A DNA stretch of 63,355 nucleotides, counting the filler, from Phoronis australis (lineage: Eukaryota > Animalia > Phoronida): assembly GCA_002633005.1 (NCBI GenBank). It is 4 parts of 4 records of this genome, joined end to end, with 100 filler letters (N's around TTAATTAATTAA, not from the genome) between each part and the next. Parts side by side here need not be neighbours in the genome. Positions count along the whole stretch, not along the records: positions 1 to 31,623 come from NMRA01000530.1; 3 more parts are not named here. One strand, written 5' to 3'. Numbering within the stretch: the first letter of the stretch is position 1; the number at the start of each line of letters is the position of its first letter. The notes beneath the pieces were generated by a model. The model had not been told where the DNA came from. It made no database searches and saw only the letters and a program-made list of their open reading frames with translations. Below, in pieces: positions 1 through 12,879 of the stretch. A program made the translations under genes and the position numbers.

Positions 1-875
1 CTCTCTGATTGGTCAGTTCAATAGAAAAGCGCCATCAAGTGGCAGGAATGTGCATCATATTTTGTGCAACAAAAACACCTTTTTTAAAAAAATGTGCAAG
101 TGTAGACGTGGGAACTTTTTGGAATTTGATTTATAGGTATATTATCTAGCCACATAGAAAAAACTAGGTTTCCCCCCAAAGTACTCACAAGGATGAACGC
201 TGTGAGATCTGGCCCACCGACTAAATTTGTTCTAGTGATGATATTAGCCGAGATACGCCAATTTCCATTTTCGGCGGCGATCATATTGGATTTTGCGCCT
301 AACTCCCACCAGGGGGTCAGCACACTTTGTTTGCGGTGTTTTTTGAATTTCCTTTGCTTATACCTAATTTTGTACCAAACTGCAATAACTTGTCACAAAG
401 TGCCCAATTTTTGCAAATCTGCATATATTCCCTCGCCGCTATGATAAAGGTAGGCGACCTTACGACCACGGTTTAATAACAGTCACAAGTCCCACAAATG
501 GGACGCTGGCCATAAATGGGTTTTTAAAAAATGTTTGCAATAACATTCACATGACCCATATTTCCAAGAAGGCAACGAACATGAAAGGAATGTAGAGTCC
601 TACATCTAGCATCAAAAGAAGGCGGCAGCTGAAACGTTATTGACTTTAACGATTGTACAAGTTCCCTGTGTAAAGATCAGCAATGCGTTACCGATATTCA
701 AAAATATACAACTAAATGAGCATGGTCAAGCGTTAAGCAATCAGGTTGCATGAGAGGCTCCTATGGGGGAATAACGTGACTAGTGCAAATAAAAATTCTA
801 TAGAGACCCGTACTGTGTGTTGGATGTTAACTGATAGGGATTAAATCTGATTTAAGAGGGCCTTAAAGGTTTTCA

Positions 876-1314
876 AGTCCTGGTCTCAAAATGCTATCTG
901 GTTCCAGTATCCGAAAATACTTACTAAATAAAATCTTATTTTCGACACCCTTTCTTTATATTATTTTCGCATTTCTTGCCAAAAGCAATTTTCAACAGTA
1001 TTTGACCCTTCTCTGTGAGCGAAAAATTACCGGCTGTCATCGGTTATTTCCGTACCCACATTTCCAGCTCATCAGTTCAGGAACTTGTCCTGAACATCGC
1101 CATTTTTCCTTGTAACTGAATGTGCTATCGCTTGCTCGAAAAGTCTTCATTATTTTGTTTTATTAGTAATATCTCGTGATTCGTTTGTATATGTAATGTA
1201 TTTCTAGTTTGTAGTTAGTGGTTGTTGAATTTTTTTGGAAGGTTACGCGTACTTATTATGTTAAAATAGCATTGCTGTTTAGTTTCTTACGTAGGGTGGT
1301 CGAACCTAGGAACC
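876..1314 (+). repeat. Interspersed repeat family R, copy A, 5' part (non-coding, probable non-autonomous DNA transposon)
   Basis: Reverse complement of 33187-33627 (e.g. agtcctggtctcaaa...cgaacctaggaacc vs ggttcctaggttcg...tttgaaaccaggact). Copy B ends in AGTCCTGG preceded by TTAA on the minus strand, a Kolobok-like end (inference). Confidence 0.85.
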
Positions 1315-1993
1315 CATTTTCACGAAAGACGTCGCTCTAGTCTGTTGGCGACTAGTCTTTCACATATGGCACATCACATTTACAAAATACGGCGAAAAAC
1401 GGGTGATGAGGCTGGATCTCGCGAGATCATATCGGCTCGTATCCGCGCCAAATAAACCCCAGAAAAACGTTTCGTCATTGTTGTAATTTGAATGAGTTTT
1501 ATAGCAGTTAGGACTAAATTCTTAAAAATGGTAATTATAATGCTTGTAGATGAGAAAATCCGTATTTGTCCACTCGTTTATGTATCAAAATAAAGACTTA
1601 TCTCCCTTGTCATGCATACTCGGGGAATTCCCTGTCAGCGGAATCCCCGAGTAGAATTGCAACGAATACGGACGATATTGGAGTACCTGTAGTATTAATT
1701 GAAGCAAAACATCATTGAAACGGTTTAGTTATCACTAAGTGAACATAAAAAGTTCACTGTGCGATTAAAATAAAACTAGCAGAAGAAGCACAGTTGACAG
1801 GTCAACTGATTGCGCTATTGAAGTTCCCACACTGAATTGCAATTTGTTTGCTTATTAGCCCGTTGTTCACCAAACTTTAGTAGATCTTTGCCGTGCACTA
1901 ATTACAATACCAGAACAGCAACAATTTTTTGGGACGCATTAGTGATGATGATACTGATGAAGAAACTAGTGGTGACTTTTGTAGTACTGTTCC

Positions 1994-2280
1994 CGGTGGC
2001 GGATCAGGGACCAGAAGGGGGAGCCTCAACATGTTGCCTCGAGGAATTGGGCAGAGCGCGGTTGTATGTGTACAGGCGTCCCGAAAGTTGCAGGGACCCG
2101 GAGTGTGAACCGTCTGTTCAGGAAATCTATCGAATAAAAAAATAAAAAACGGGAACGAGACTGAGTCCTCCCTTTCTCCAGTACCGGTTCGAGTTATATT
2201 TTCTCACGTGTCGCGCTGTTGCTGTTTCATTTTGCTTGCAGCAGCCCCTGCACTCCCCCCCCCCCCTAAATCTGCATATG
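1994..2280. mobile_element. MITE nested in the 4.7-kb element
   Basis: TGTTCC repeated at 1988-1993 and 2281-2286. Degenerate termini CGGTGGCGGATC...(C)n TAAATCTGCATATG of the common CAGTGGCGGAT-type MITE class. Confidence 0.6.
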
Positions 2281-2380
2281 TGTTCCTATAAGTTAGTGAT
2301 ATAATTAAAGGAAATTATCAAGTAGTGCATGCTTACCATGGGGCTCTCACATCAACAAGTGATTGTGTGAAATGCTTGCA

Positions 2381-2440
2381 AAACAAGGAATTAGCTTCCA
2401 AAACAAGGAATTAGCTTCCAAAACAAGGAATTAGCTTCCA
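2381..2440. repeat. Perfect 20-bp tandem repeat x3 (AAACAAGGAATTAGCTTCCA)
   Basis: Three identical adjacent units read directly. Confidence 0.97.
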
Positions 2441-3933
2441 ACGTGGCAATTGTGGTAATCAACGAAGGACACATTGTGTTCCAATGATGAGTTTAATTCA
2501 GACAAAAAATACTTTCAACAACATCTATTCGTATCACAAAAAGTTTCACAGCACCAATTTTTTTGCCTTTTCTAATACCCAGAATTTTCCAATCTGAGCC
2601 TAGAAGTTTTACGGAAATCTGGGAAAGCTGCCAAAAATAATCAAAAACATAAATTTATTCAATGCAGATGCACTAAATAAAAAATGCCTCCCAAGAGACA
2701 TAACAACCTGGAAATCCACATCATAAAAATAAGATTTTCATGGGTGATTTTACTGTCAAAATTGCCCTTTAATTTTTTATTTTTGATAGAGTAACACCAT
2801 CAGTGACAGTGTTATCAAAGCAAAATGTGCAGAAAACATCATGTAGGCATGCATTCTTAACCTTAACTACATATAGGAAATCCAAAATCTATAAAATTTT
2901 AAATGTTTATGTACAAGTAATCCTGTATTAAACATTGACGTTAGATGCTAACACAATTGTAACGTTTTATTATCTCGTTAAACCATTTATTTTTTCCCGG
3001 CAAAACATATGTAAACAATAACATTTTGTCACATGGCACAAGTTCCCTTGGTATGTATCAGTCTAACCAATAAAAATATTATTCTTTGATCAAAACCCCC
3101 TTAAGCATATTAAGCACTGAGATCATTCAGTGGCTAACTCACTATGCAACAGATTTTAACAACATGCACAAACACACACATCATTTCTTGTGAAAAAAAC
3201 ACTCATAACTTACATATCAGAAACTCCCTCAAAATTTTTAAATCGAAAGCATTATGTCATGACTCTTTAACCACATGGGTACTGCCACTATTATCTGTTT
3301 CAGAGTCATTAACTGAAATGGACTATTGATATCTATTGGATTATGATTTCTACCTTTCGTCACTGACATTTTTAAAGCTGGTGTAAAGTACCACATCATC
3401 ACTAAAGATCAAAAACTAAACAATATATTGCCATCACTTTTACAACCTTTTTCCTTAAAGCAGATCCTCTTATAAACAAAAACAGTCATTCATCAGTTAA
3501 CTACACACTGAATTTCAAAAATTAATTACGCAAAAATTCTCTAGTTTGGGACAGTGAATAATTATTTTGATCAAAGTCGGAGCTTGTCCCAATTTTTAGA
3601 AATTCACACAATTGTCTGTCTGAAATTCAAGGGGAATGGCAACAATTTATTAAATGTTTGTCTTGAGAGTCACTTTTTATGAACTTACAGGAGTATTCTT
3701 GCAACCTGTTATGCTACAACTTAACGTTAGGAATTTGAAAAATACGAAAATATACAAATCACGCACGCCTCAAATTTCAGGATGAAAAAATTAAATTTCA
3801 GCCATGATTTCTGTGTTCTGAATTTAGGAGGCTGTTTCAATCTGGAGAATTTTTAATGTAACTTATCACCGATATAATTGCTATCATCAGTTATGTCACC
3901 CTGGCTAAAATATATATGTTAAAAACAATTAAG

Positions 3934-4730
3934 CTATAAATGTGATCCATCTGAAAAATGTTCAAACATACACCATTGCCAGCATGATGACGAATTCACA
4001 CAGCAGACAATAGCCTCTGTACGGCACAGAGTTGAGGCTTTTTGGCAAACATTTACATGTATCCCATACCTTATGGCTGCAGTGAAGTCATTCTTAGTCA
4101 CAGCAATATGAAGTGAATGACACACAGAAGTGGTAGCCCATGTGAACGATTTTCCAAAGAAACGACTTGTCATCCAGGTCCCTCATGGGAAGTCTAAGCA
4201 CACTTTTTTCTGAAGTCTTGCAAAGATCATCCAAAGATGCACTGATTTGAAACAACAGCTTCCGATCAAGTTGCTCAATTGAGTCTTTAGAAAGGTTTGA
4301 CAGGAAATAGTTGGTCTGTTGATAATCCTCAGATACTGAATACCCATGGTCAACTAACTCGGACTCAAAATTTAACAATCTCTTTGCTCCTGTTGGCTTT
4401 TTAGAAACAGATAGCGAATCAATTAGTACATGTTTCTGTCGATCTTCAGAATGAGCTATGAGAATGCTGACATCCATTCTTGCTAATATCTGCACCAGTG
4501 TGAGTTTTGTACAAAACTGAATGCATGAGCTGCAGATATAAACACAGGCCTAGTGTCCAGTAAATCATTGTTGAATTGAATGTAAAGGAGTTCAAAAAAT
4601 CCAAGTACCACTGCTTTAATGCAGCATTTTTTAACTTTGTGTGCGTGAGAGTCAGAGTGTAACATTTTGCCACATAATATGCATGTCTTCGACTTTGCCT
4701 TTTCCAGTGGAGTATTACAGTTCACCATCT
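3934..4730 (-). pseudogene. Frameshifted coding remnant of the 4.7-kb element (CxxC motif, then LCKTSEKSVLR...KSFLWKIV segment), probable transposase N-terminal region
   Basis: tttcag acceptor just before 4728. Three overlapping ORF pieces (4483-4728, 4094-4495, 3934-4173). The 'LC..S..SVLR......SF.W' pattern resembles proteins I recall upstream of DUF6589-type transposase domains (recollection, not searched). Confidence 0.5.
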
Positions 4731-6043
4731 GAAATTAAATATACGTAAATAGCAATTAAAGGCTTTCAATTTTTACTGGCATGACTTGTGTGCCTCCTAC
4801 AATTATCTGTGTTCAAGTGAGTTGACTTACGGCTGTAAAATTGTAATCAAATTGATCAATTTTAGTACTGCAGATGGGAAATATGTTTAATTAACCTTTT
4901 ACAGAAATTCTATAGTTACAGAATTACAAAATATGACTCTGCTCAGTGCTCAGATATAATGGTCCCTGACATGGATAACAAGTTTCATCCACTGATAGTA
5001 ACATATGCTGAAGATTTAAGGCCGAATTATGCCTCACACTGGCAGGCTCGGTAAAAATAGGTGGGCGCACAGTGTAAAACTGGTCAGTTGACGATTTGGG
5101 CAACTGAACAAAGGACTGATTGATGAAAAAGGTACATTGCAGGAGTATTTGTTTGAGTTTGAAGAAATTAAAGACATCAATGGGTACCTAAGGTGTCCCT
5201 CTATGAGCAAGAGGTACTTAAACAACATGGCTTTGATATTTTAATGAGTGTGAAGCAAAAGTCACCGAAAATCTATCAATGTGTGGAACTCCCAGAGGAG
5301 CTTCACTGTCTCTACTGGGGCCAGCTAGAGACGGTGGTCACTATCTAAACCACTGAATAATAGGAATGTTATTCAGTTGTTACATTCATTAACTTTTTTC
5401 GACCATGTACTTGTCCTGTTGTTCGTTTCCCATTTTTCCCAAGTATAAAGTGACCAACAACACGTGTATTCGCCTGGTCAAGTTTGCAGTAGACATTTGC
5501 TGTCACTGGTGTGTTCCATCTGGCTAACACTAACAGCCCGATTCCGTGAGGTTTACTAGCGAACCTGCACTGAAGTTATTACGACTTGTTGATAGCGTCA
5601 TTCCCAAAACCAGGGAACATTATATCCTACCTGTTTCCAAAGTAGTTAGGTGTGATAAGACTGAACTCTGATGTCGAAGTACAAGCGGTCACAGTCACAA
5701 TGATGTGTCAAAAATCACCAATTCATCTTCAGTTCAGACCCCTTTTAACTCACCTTTTAAGAAAGTACCACAGTGCAGGTGTACATGGCTTGTCCAGGTT
5801 AGATTCCCGGTTCGGAGATTGATCTGAGTCGGCATTTGAGTGATTTACAACAGTTTTTTAGTAACATTTACATTCATTCAAAAACGCAATAGGTAAGACT
5901 GCCTAAACCAGAAATCGCGAGCCACCATATTTACAAAAGCGCCGTCTAACGAGCAAAATGATAAGAGTGAACTATTTTCGCGCAGGCAAATGTACTCCAT
6001 ATGAGTAAGATAATACACGCAGTGTTGGCTGACGTAGTAAATG

Positions 6044-7794
6044 CTAGGAACCAATATGAGTAGAACCAATTTTTTTTCGTTTTGATTTTTTTTTCGTTTT
6101 GATAAATTACTTTGCTATTATAGGAAAGAGAATGCATTTTACTCAGTAAAAATCGAAAAAGTATCAAAATCGGGGCAAGCAGTGTAAAGTAATTGCAATT
6201 TTTTGGCAAAATTTGGGTCACTTTGTTTGGATCGTGTCGGCCACATTGGAGGACAGCGGATAAGGTACGAATCAGTTTAAAACTTTGTGTAAATTGTTTT
6301 CGCCAACGATTTACGGTGAAATTTAGTGAGACATATCTTTACTTAATATTCTGCACGATTCCACAGTTTTCACCAAATTTCAGCCTCGCAGTTGTTACTC
6401 ATTAAGTGATAAATGTGCTCACAATTCCCGTTGGACTTCGTCTCATTTCTGGCGGCACCGACAACATGGCTTCTTTTGCTGAACTGGGAGGCATGTTCAA
6501 CCTGTTACTTTGGGATTTGTGAAGATTTAATGTTGATACATTTTGACAAACGTTGCTACAAAATAGGAACTTTGTTCAATTTTCGTGTTTTTGTACAAAC
6601 ATATAAGATATATTCGAATTATTTTACTGTGAATGTCCCATTCAGGTGATCTTACACTAAGTTAAAAAAATAGTTGAAATAATTTTGAAATGTTTTTTGT
6701 TTGACTGTCAACTGCTGTTCAAGGCTTGATTAGGTGTCTCAAAATGATTCATATTTTTTCTAAATTTTAAGCCTTAATTGCTTTCAAGTCATGTTTTGTA
6801 ACTTATTGCTTCTTAATTCAGGTTATCAAGTCAACAATATGAATAATCTTAATTTGAGAAATAAGTTATGTTAGATTCTGAAGCTTCAAGACTCCAATTC
6901 TTTTGACTTGTTCCTTGCAACTTAATATTTTTTAATCATGCTTGTCAAATTCTGGTGTAAGGAAACACTATTCGGTCACCATGTTAACAGTTACATGTAT
7001 GTCCACTTTCATATCATGGAAACTGTTGCTGTTGAATAGTGTTTGTAATGCTAAATGTTGTAAAGTATTGTGCATTTTAAGTTACTTATTATGTTAAAAG
7101 GTTGAATCATTTTAACTTAATGAATAAAAAGTGATAACATTTTGTATCGGACTTGTCATACTTATGTGCTCGAACGAGCTCACTATTTGGAGAAATGGAA
7201 AAAGGTCTGCCTCAGTCACAGAAGCATGATCTCCGAAAAAAGTAGAAAACGAGACAATATTCCACTAGAAGACAGGAAGTACCAAAATTTAGCGTCTGCA
7301 TTTCATAGCTCTGAGCATACCCAGTGAATCTTATAGTAAAAATAGACATTCCCAAAAATTCCAGACCCCATTTTTTCAGGTTTGGTGCGCTCATACAAAG
7401 ACTGAGAAAATCTCTGTTGAAAGCCAAAATTTGCACAGTTCGCCAGAACTACCCAAGTTCTAAATAAATCTCGTTTGAGCGAGCGCTGTGGCTATGGCAG
7501 CGACCAGGTAGGCCTAAGGATAGCCTTGACGCAAAGCTGTGGGCCTATAGGCCTACTAACAAGTTGTAGTCAGTCTTCATACTGGTAGCTGGCACTGAGG
7601 CTAGCTAAGGGCTGCCGCGGCAGTGTGACACAGGACTAACCAGCCCGTAATTTTATGCAAGTGTCTGAAACTACCTTTGAATGTATACGGCATTTACGAT
7701 TTAAACATTTTGCTTCGACAAAACAGCTTGCAACCGCATACCGTTCGCCAGTGTCTGGTCTCGATCCGCACCGGGTCCGATAGGCTGCGGTCCC
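6044..7794 (+). repeat. Repeat family R, copy A, 3' part
   Basis: 6044-6080 and 6430-7420 are reverse-complementary to 31724-33063. 7205-7794 is reverse-complementary to 52100-52292 plus 53062-53665. About 350 bp (6081-6430) is absent from copy B. Confidence 0.88.
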
Positions 7795-8759
7795 AACTTC
7801 ACTTTCTATCCCCAAACCTGTGACCTTGGCTGTTAATTTAATCGTGCAGTGTTCACATACAAAGAAGTCAAAACTGACACATTGCATTGGATGCTATGTA
7901 ACTGTGAATATTCAAATTTGTAGCAAGTGCCGTCTTGTAACTTCATGGAGACACACCAGTTTGGGCATTTTTGGAGTAGCAGTAAAATAATATCTTTGAT
8001 AGTGTATTTTTGAGTAAACATTGGGTACAACATGAAATACAAAAACGTATTACGTGTATATTGTTGAAAATTTTAAAAATCTTTTACAGTTGCCAAATGA
8101 TATGTTTGTGGAATGATATGTTCTTTTGTTGCGTCATACTAAACAGTTAATTGTGTAACATGAAAAGGGACAACACAATATTTCATTGAATACTTAAAGA
8201 TTTTGATGACTTTATTTGAAAACACTACACTGTGTTCTAAAGCAACTGTAATTGAATACTAACGTTCACAAGTGTCCGATGTGTAAGATGGGTTCTAACA
8301 TGGCCCGAAAACACATGTTTGTGTTCAGCTACTTTAGGGTGTGATAAGCGGTATGAATCGTGATCGTGTTATGCGTGCATTCACGTACGTAGTAACCAAT
8401 TGCGATTTATTGACCGGTTGGGTCCACATATTATAAAGGTAGACATAAGTAGAGATGAGCATGTTATATACTGTAATAAAACAGGGAGTGAAAAATAAAC
8501 CAGTGATAAAAACACTAATACCATAATATAACATAACAAGATGCATATGTTTAGCGATTTGACGGTGACTTTAATTAAGACTACAAAATTAACGTGATTG
8601 TAATTTCGTAACAGCTTGCACACACTTGGCTATGGCGAACTGTGACTGGAGTCTGGAAAAGTAGATTTAATACTTTGAACAAGTGGTCATTTAATAAGTT
8701 CATAGTATTCAGTTTGAACTGCATAACTCACAGAGACTCTCTGATCAAGTGGGGGTTCG

Positions 8760-8810
8760 GCGTGTGTATGAGTGTGTGTGTGCGCGCGCGCGCGCGTGCG
8801 CGTGTGTGTG
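8760..8810. repeat. (GT)n(GC)n(GT)n microsatellite
   Basis: cgtgtgtatgagtgtgtgtgtgcgcgcgcgcgcgcgtgcgcgtgtgtgtg. Confidence 0.95.
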
Positions 8811-11559
8811 AAAAAATTTCTTTCAGCGGAACAGTTGGGATCGGCGACAACAGTAAAATACTATTGCTACTGCTACTAAGATAAACCTAGCTGAATGCGC
8901 CTAGTGGCAAACACTGTAACGTGCGCCTGCAACAGAGTTGTCAGCTGTTTGATCGTGACTAATGCATCATCAGTGCAATCAGTATGCTTTGAACTGTGCT
9001 TCTCGAACCGCATCTCCGCTGTCCGCAGCATATGTGTGGAAGCAAACGAATCTCACCCAAAAACGTTCTCCAAAGGACCCATTTTTGGCGTTCTCCAATT
9101 CTTTGTCCCTACTGTTTTGGTCATCTGGGCTTGTGTGTACAAGAAGTCAGCTAACATGCATTTTAGTTTTAGAACACCTAATAGCAAACTTTTTATGCGG
9201 CCTGTGCAAGACACAACACTGTGTCAGTTGAGTGAACAAGTGGATACTCCTGCAACACAGAGGAATGAACGTGTTGCTTGCAAACAATTTTTATGGCATG
9301 ACTTGCATAACCGTATCATAAAATTCGAGAATATTTGTCCTGCTTCCCTGTACGATCATCGGGTTTCCTGTTTCAAAGGTCAGGTTCGTGTTTTTCGGGC
9401 TGTTTATCTGTTTTTAATGTGCGTTAGTCGGTTTTCGACTCCAGGATGTCTGTTTTACACTTTTGGAACACACCAGTAGATATCTGTTTCTAGGCTATGT
9501 GTGAATGGTCACAGCGGAAGAAAGAAATTTAATCTTCACAGCATACGCCTGTATGGTTTAAAGTAATTGAAAAACAGTTCCAGTTCCTTAAAATTCCATT
9601 AGAAATGGAGAAGGTCCCATTTGGCGCCAAATGTGTTTGCCAAGCTCTACTTATATACATGTATACACATAACGTCGTTCGAAGAATGCCCGATATTGAC
9701 TAATGTAGCGAATGAGCGTGACCAGAAGAGACTAAACCAATGAATTCCACACAAGTTAGATTATAGAAGTCAAACAAAACAACAAAACAATTGGTGACAA
9801 TGACAAAGATGTCAGCATTTTGAGTCCATGAGTACAGTAGATGTAATAACAAATTTATGAACGAAGGCGCGTAGTACTGAAAGTTACGTGTGCGATTTAC
9901 CAGAGGGTGGCCCGAGATAATTACTCACAAACTTGTGCATAGCATTTTGCATAAGCCAACTTCCACGCTAACATTTGAAGGTTTGTGACTTTAACCCAGA
10001 CTAATTAATCCGTCTCAATGGATTCACAAATTAATGTGCGTGGCTTTGGCCGCGCCTTTGTAGAAAGCCTATTCGCTAATTTCTCTTATAACGCATTTAC
10101 TTTTAAATTTTAAAAGCACACAGTAGTCGTTTACCTTACTTATTGTTCATTTTTTATTTTACTTGGAAACAGGTGCGCTTAGCAGATGCCTTGAGTGCGA
10201 CTGCAATGTCCAATGCAACTAAGCCCATGAATAGCGACTAATTCACTTCAGTCTGTGACGGCGTCATCAAGCCTTTGACATGCTGAGGGATTCGCAGCAT
10301 ACTCTGGGGTGAACAGTGCACGCTTTCTCGTCCAAGTGCGACTAAGCCATGATAGCGTCAGAGGTCCGCTTCATGAAAGTGACTTAAGACTGAAAATTGG
10401 TCTCATAATCCTACTTCGCAGTTGGAGCCAAAAGGTTTTTTAGCCATCTAGTTTAGAGCGCATCACAGACAAGAAATGATTCATAGAAATTATATCAGTA
10501 ATTGTGTGTATATGCACAAAATTGTCATGAGTGAAACACAATGATTTTTCAGAAATAGTTGTGTAGAGCGCATGACCAAATTTCATAAAACAGGACGACA
10601 GCACCAGAGCTACAAGCACACACTGAAAACTATGATCCTGAGACGTGAGCGACAGACTGTGTGTACTCCATCTGGAAGTTTTCAATCAAACAAAGCGCGA
10701 GAGAATTGAGAGCCACTGCATATTTAGGGCCGAACAAAAGCAGAGGTACCTCATTTTACACAGCAATGGATATTTTCGCCCCTCCAGAGTAATGTCGTGG
10801 TCATCTTTAGATGCGAAAAATGAACAACATGGCGACTTAAATGAAGGCAAGTGAGTTTGAAACTGAAATTTTCATAAGCTCAAATACTACAACCCGTACA
10901 ATAGTTGCAGTATTATTGTGACGCTTTACAAATTCATACAATCTGTTTGCTTGCTTCGTTGAGTGTAAATCATTGTTTTGAAAGTAAGTCAAAAGAGGCA
11001 TAACTTACTTTCCACTCTCTCCTTCAACGTGAAATCAAAAATAATTGATGAAGCGTATCAAAATGGATTTATAAACTTCCTTTTAAGCAGAATAGTTAGT
11101 GTTCTTCTCCCGTCTTCAAGAAATGGCTTGACATGGTTGGTTGTGTTCATTGATTACAAATGTTAAGTTGTTTTTCAAACCTTGTTTCCAGTCTTTGACT
11201 AATCAGTCGGTTGAATCTCACGCTGAGACTTAAGTCAGTCGGCATAATTGTACAGCAGGCGGGGTCAAATGAATTTTCATAACCCGTTTAAACATGATAA
11301 TCATAGCTGCTCACCTATGCAGTGCCGGGAGTAACTATTTAAAGTGTACAACGTGTTGTTGTCGAAAACTTCATTACAATTGTACGGACCACAACGACGC
11401 AACAGTTCGACTGTAGTGACGCCTGCAAACCAGAGTAAGAATTCAGGATTTTGTCACTTAGGCCCATATGCCCGTGTCAACACTCAGCTGGAAAGTAATG
11501 GGGCTGTTACTTTATATTTTGGGAGATCATCAAATTACCAGAACAGTCGTAGGTCATCT

Positions 11560-12110
11560 TTTGGCAATGCATGTTCGTGACTTTTCATACGCTTTGTTGG
11601 TTCGTGATCGCTGACCTCGACGCCTTTTTTTAATTCGACGAACTGCCGCAAACGACCTCTCCGCTTGACAACTTGGTGATGGGTACCACACTGTTCATCT
11701 GCAGTAATACGCCGTGCACATTCGGCAACTGTTCCTCTGTTCAATGCTTTATTACGGAAATTAATTAAACGGGGGAACATCGATATCCTTCCACCGGCTT
11801 AAACTCTGTCATGAGGTATTTCTGGAGCTGCTATAATTCTTGTTGGTTGTCCGATAGACTCTCCACATTCGAAGACAGTTCACTGTTTTTATTAATATCA
11901 GATGGAAAAAGTGACATTTATGCAGACACAGTTGTTCTTTGTACTCCAAATATTTGATGCACAGAGATACATGTTTTGCCTTGTCGTCTGCAATTATACT
12001 AAATGAGCACCATTCATGTGCCATTTGAATGAATCTCTAAAATCTCGTTTAATGGGTGTTCGAGAAACACGTTTCATTTGGTGGACAACTGGGTTCAGCT
12101 TCAGCAAGGA
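11560..12110 (-). pseudogene. hAT transposase remnant (ZMYM1/P52rIPK-like group), internally deleted
   Basis: Minus-strand pieces: NEILEI, FSIIAD..VSLCIKY (first catalytic Asp region), then LPNVHGVLL..VVPIT / SCQAERSFAAVRRIK / RSAIT (hAT C-terminal dimerisation domain). Frameshifts present. Confidence 0.8.
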
Positions 12111-12879
12111 CCAAAATGAGTTCTTTTAAATTTCTTTAAAATATGGGTGGGTATTGCTTTTCTTTTCATGTTCATGTTGTCGATGTTGCTAATTCTAAAA
12201 CAATACATCAGCTTATCAGACTCAAATGAAACATACACTACTCCTATCGACGTTGTTCTTTAGACTAAACGGTCTTGTTTCTGAATATGATGATATAAAA
12301 AATTGAGGTTTTAATTAATGATTTTTATCAAACAATGGGATTGTATCTTAAAAGCTACAGAAACTAAAACGAACATTTTGAATACTAATTTTGAGATCTG
12401 TTCATGAATATTTATATGAAATGAAATTTGGCCATGCTGGTGGAGCTCTATCTTTTCTGAACCATTATGTCCTTGCTAACCTTTTGTAAAAAAATCTACA
12501 ATCTTTCTATTTTCAGAAAACATGTACATTTTTAGTACAATTCTAGAATTTTGCAGACAGTTTCACTAAAAGCATATAAAATCAGAAATTATCACAATGC
12601 TCTACCCCTTATAGCAACCAAGTTAATTGTTCCACCATAATACCAACAGTTGCGAATAACCTTTTGACATCAGAAAGTAGTACCCTGAACCCCAGTTATC
12701 TTCTGCTGAGCTGTACAGTACCTCATACACGGTGCATTTGATGCGTAATAATAGAAGGGCACTAAACTTTTGCGCGAAACTGGCTGAATTTCACCAGAGT
12801 TGGCTGCGATAACGGTGAGGGTGGGTTGGGTTCCGGGGGCTGCACCCTGGGAAGGCCTGGCCGGGATTCTTGGGTGGCC

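Larger units (their letters stand above)
1315..6043 (-). mobile_element. 4.7-kb decayed DNA transposon with 9-bp TSD, AcademH-like candidate
   Basis: CTAGGAACC at 1306-1314 and 6044-6052. Termini CATTT...AAATG. The flanks rejoin into the sequence of repeat R copy B. Internal degenerate, spliced-looking coding remnants on the minus strand. Confidence 0.75.

Noticed and set aside
2381-2440. Possible CRISPR-like array
   Set aside because: Units are contiguous with no spacers; eukaryotic context; no cas genes.
8895-9479. Longest gap-free ORF (194 aa)
   Set aside because: No recognisable motif, Cys/Phe-rich random-like composition and no convincing splice context. Not called.
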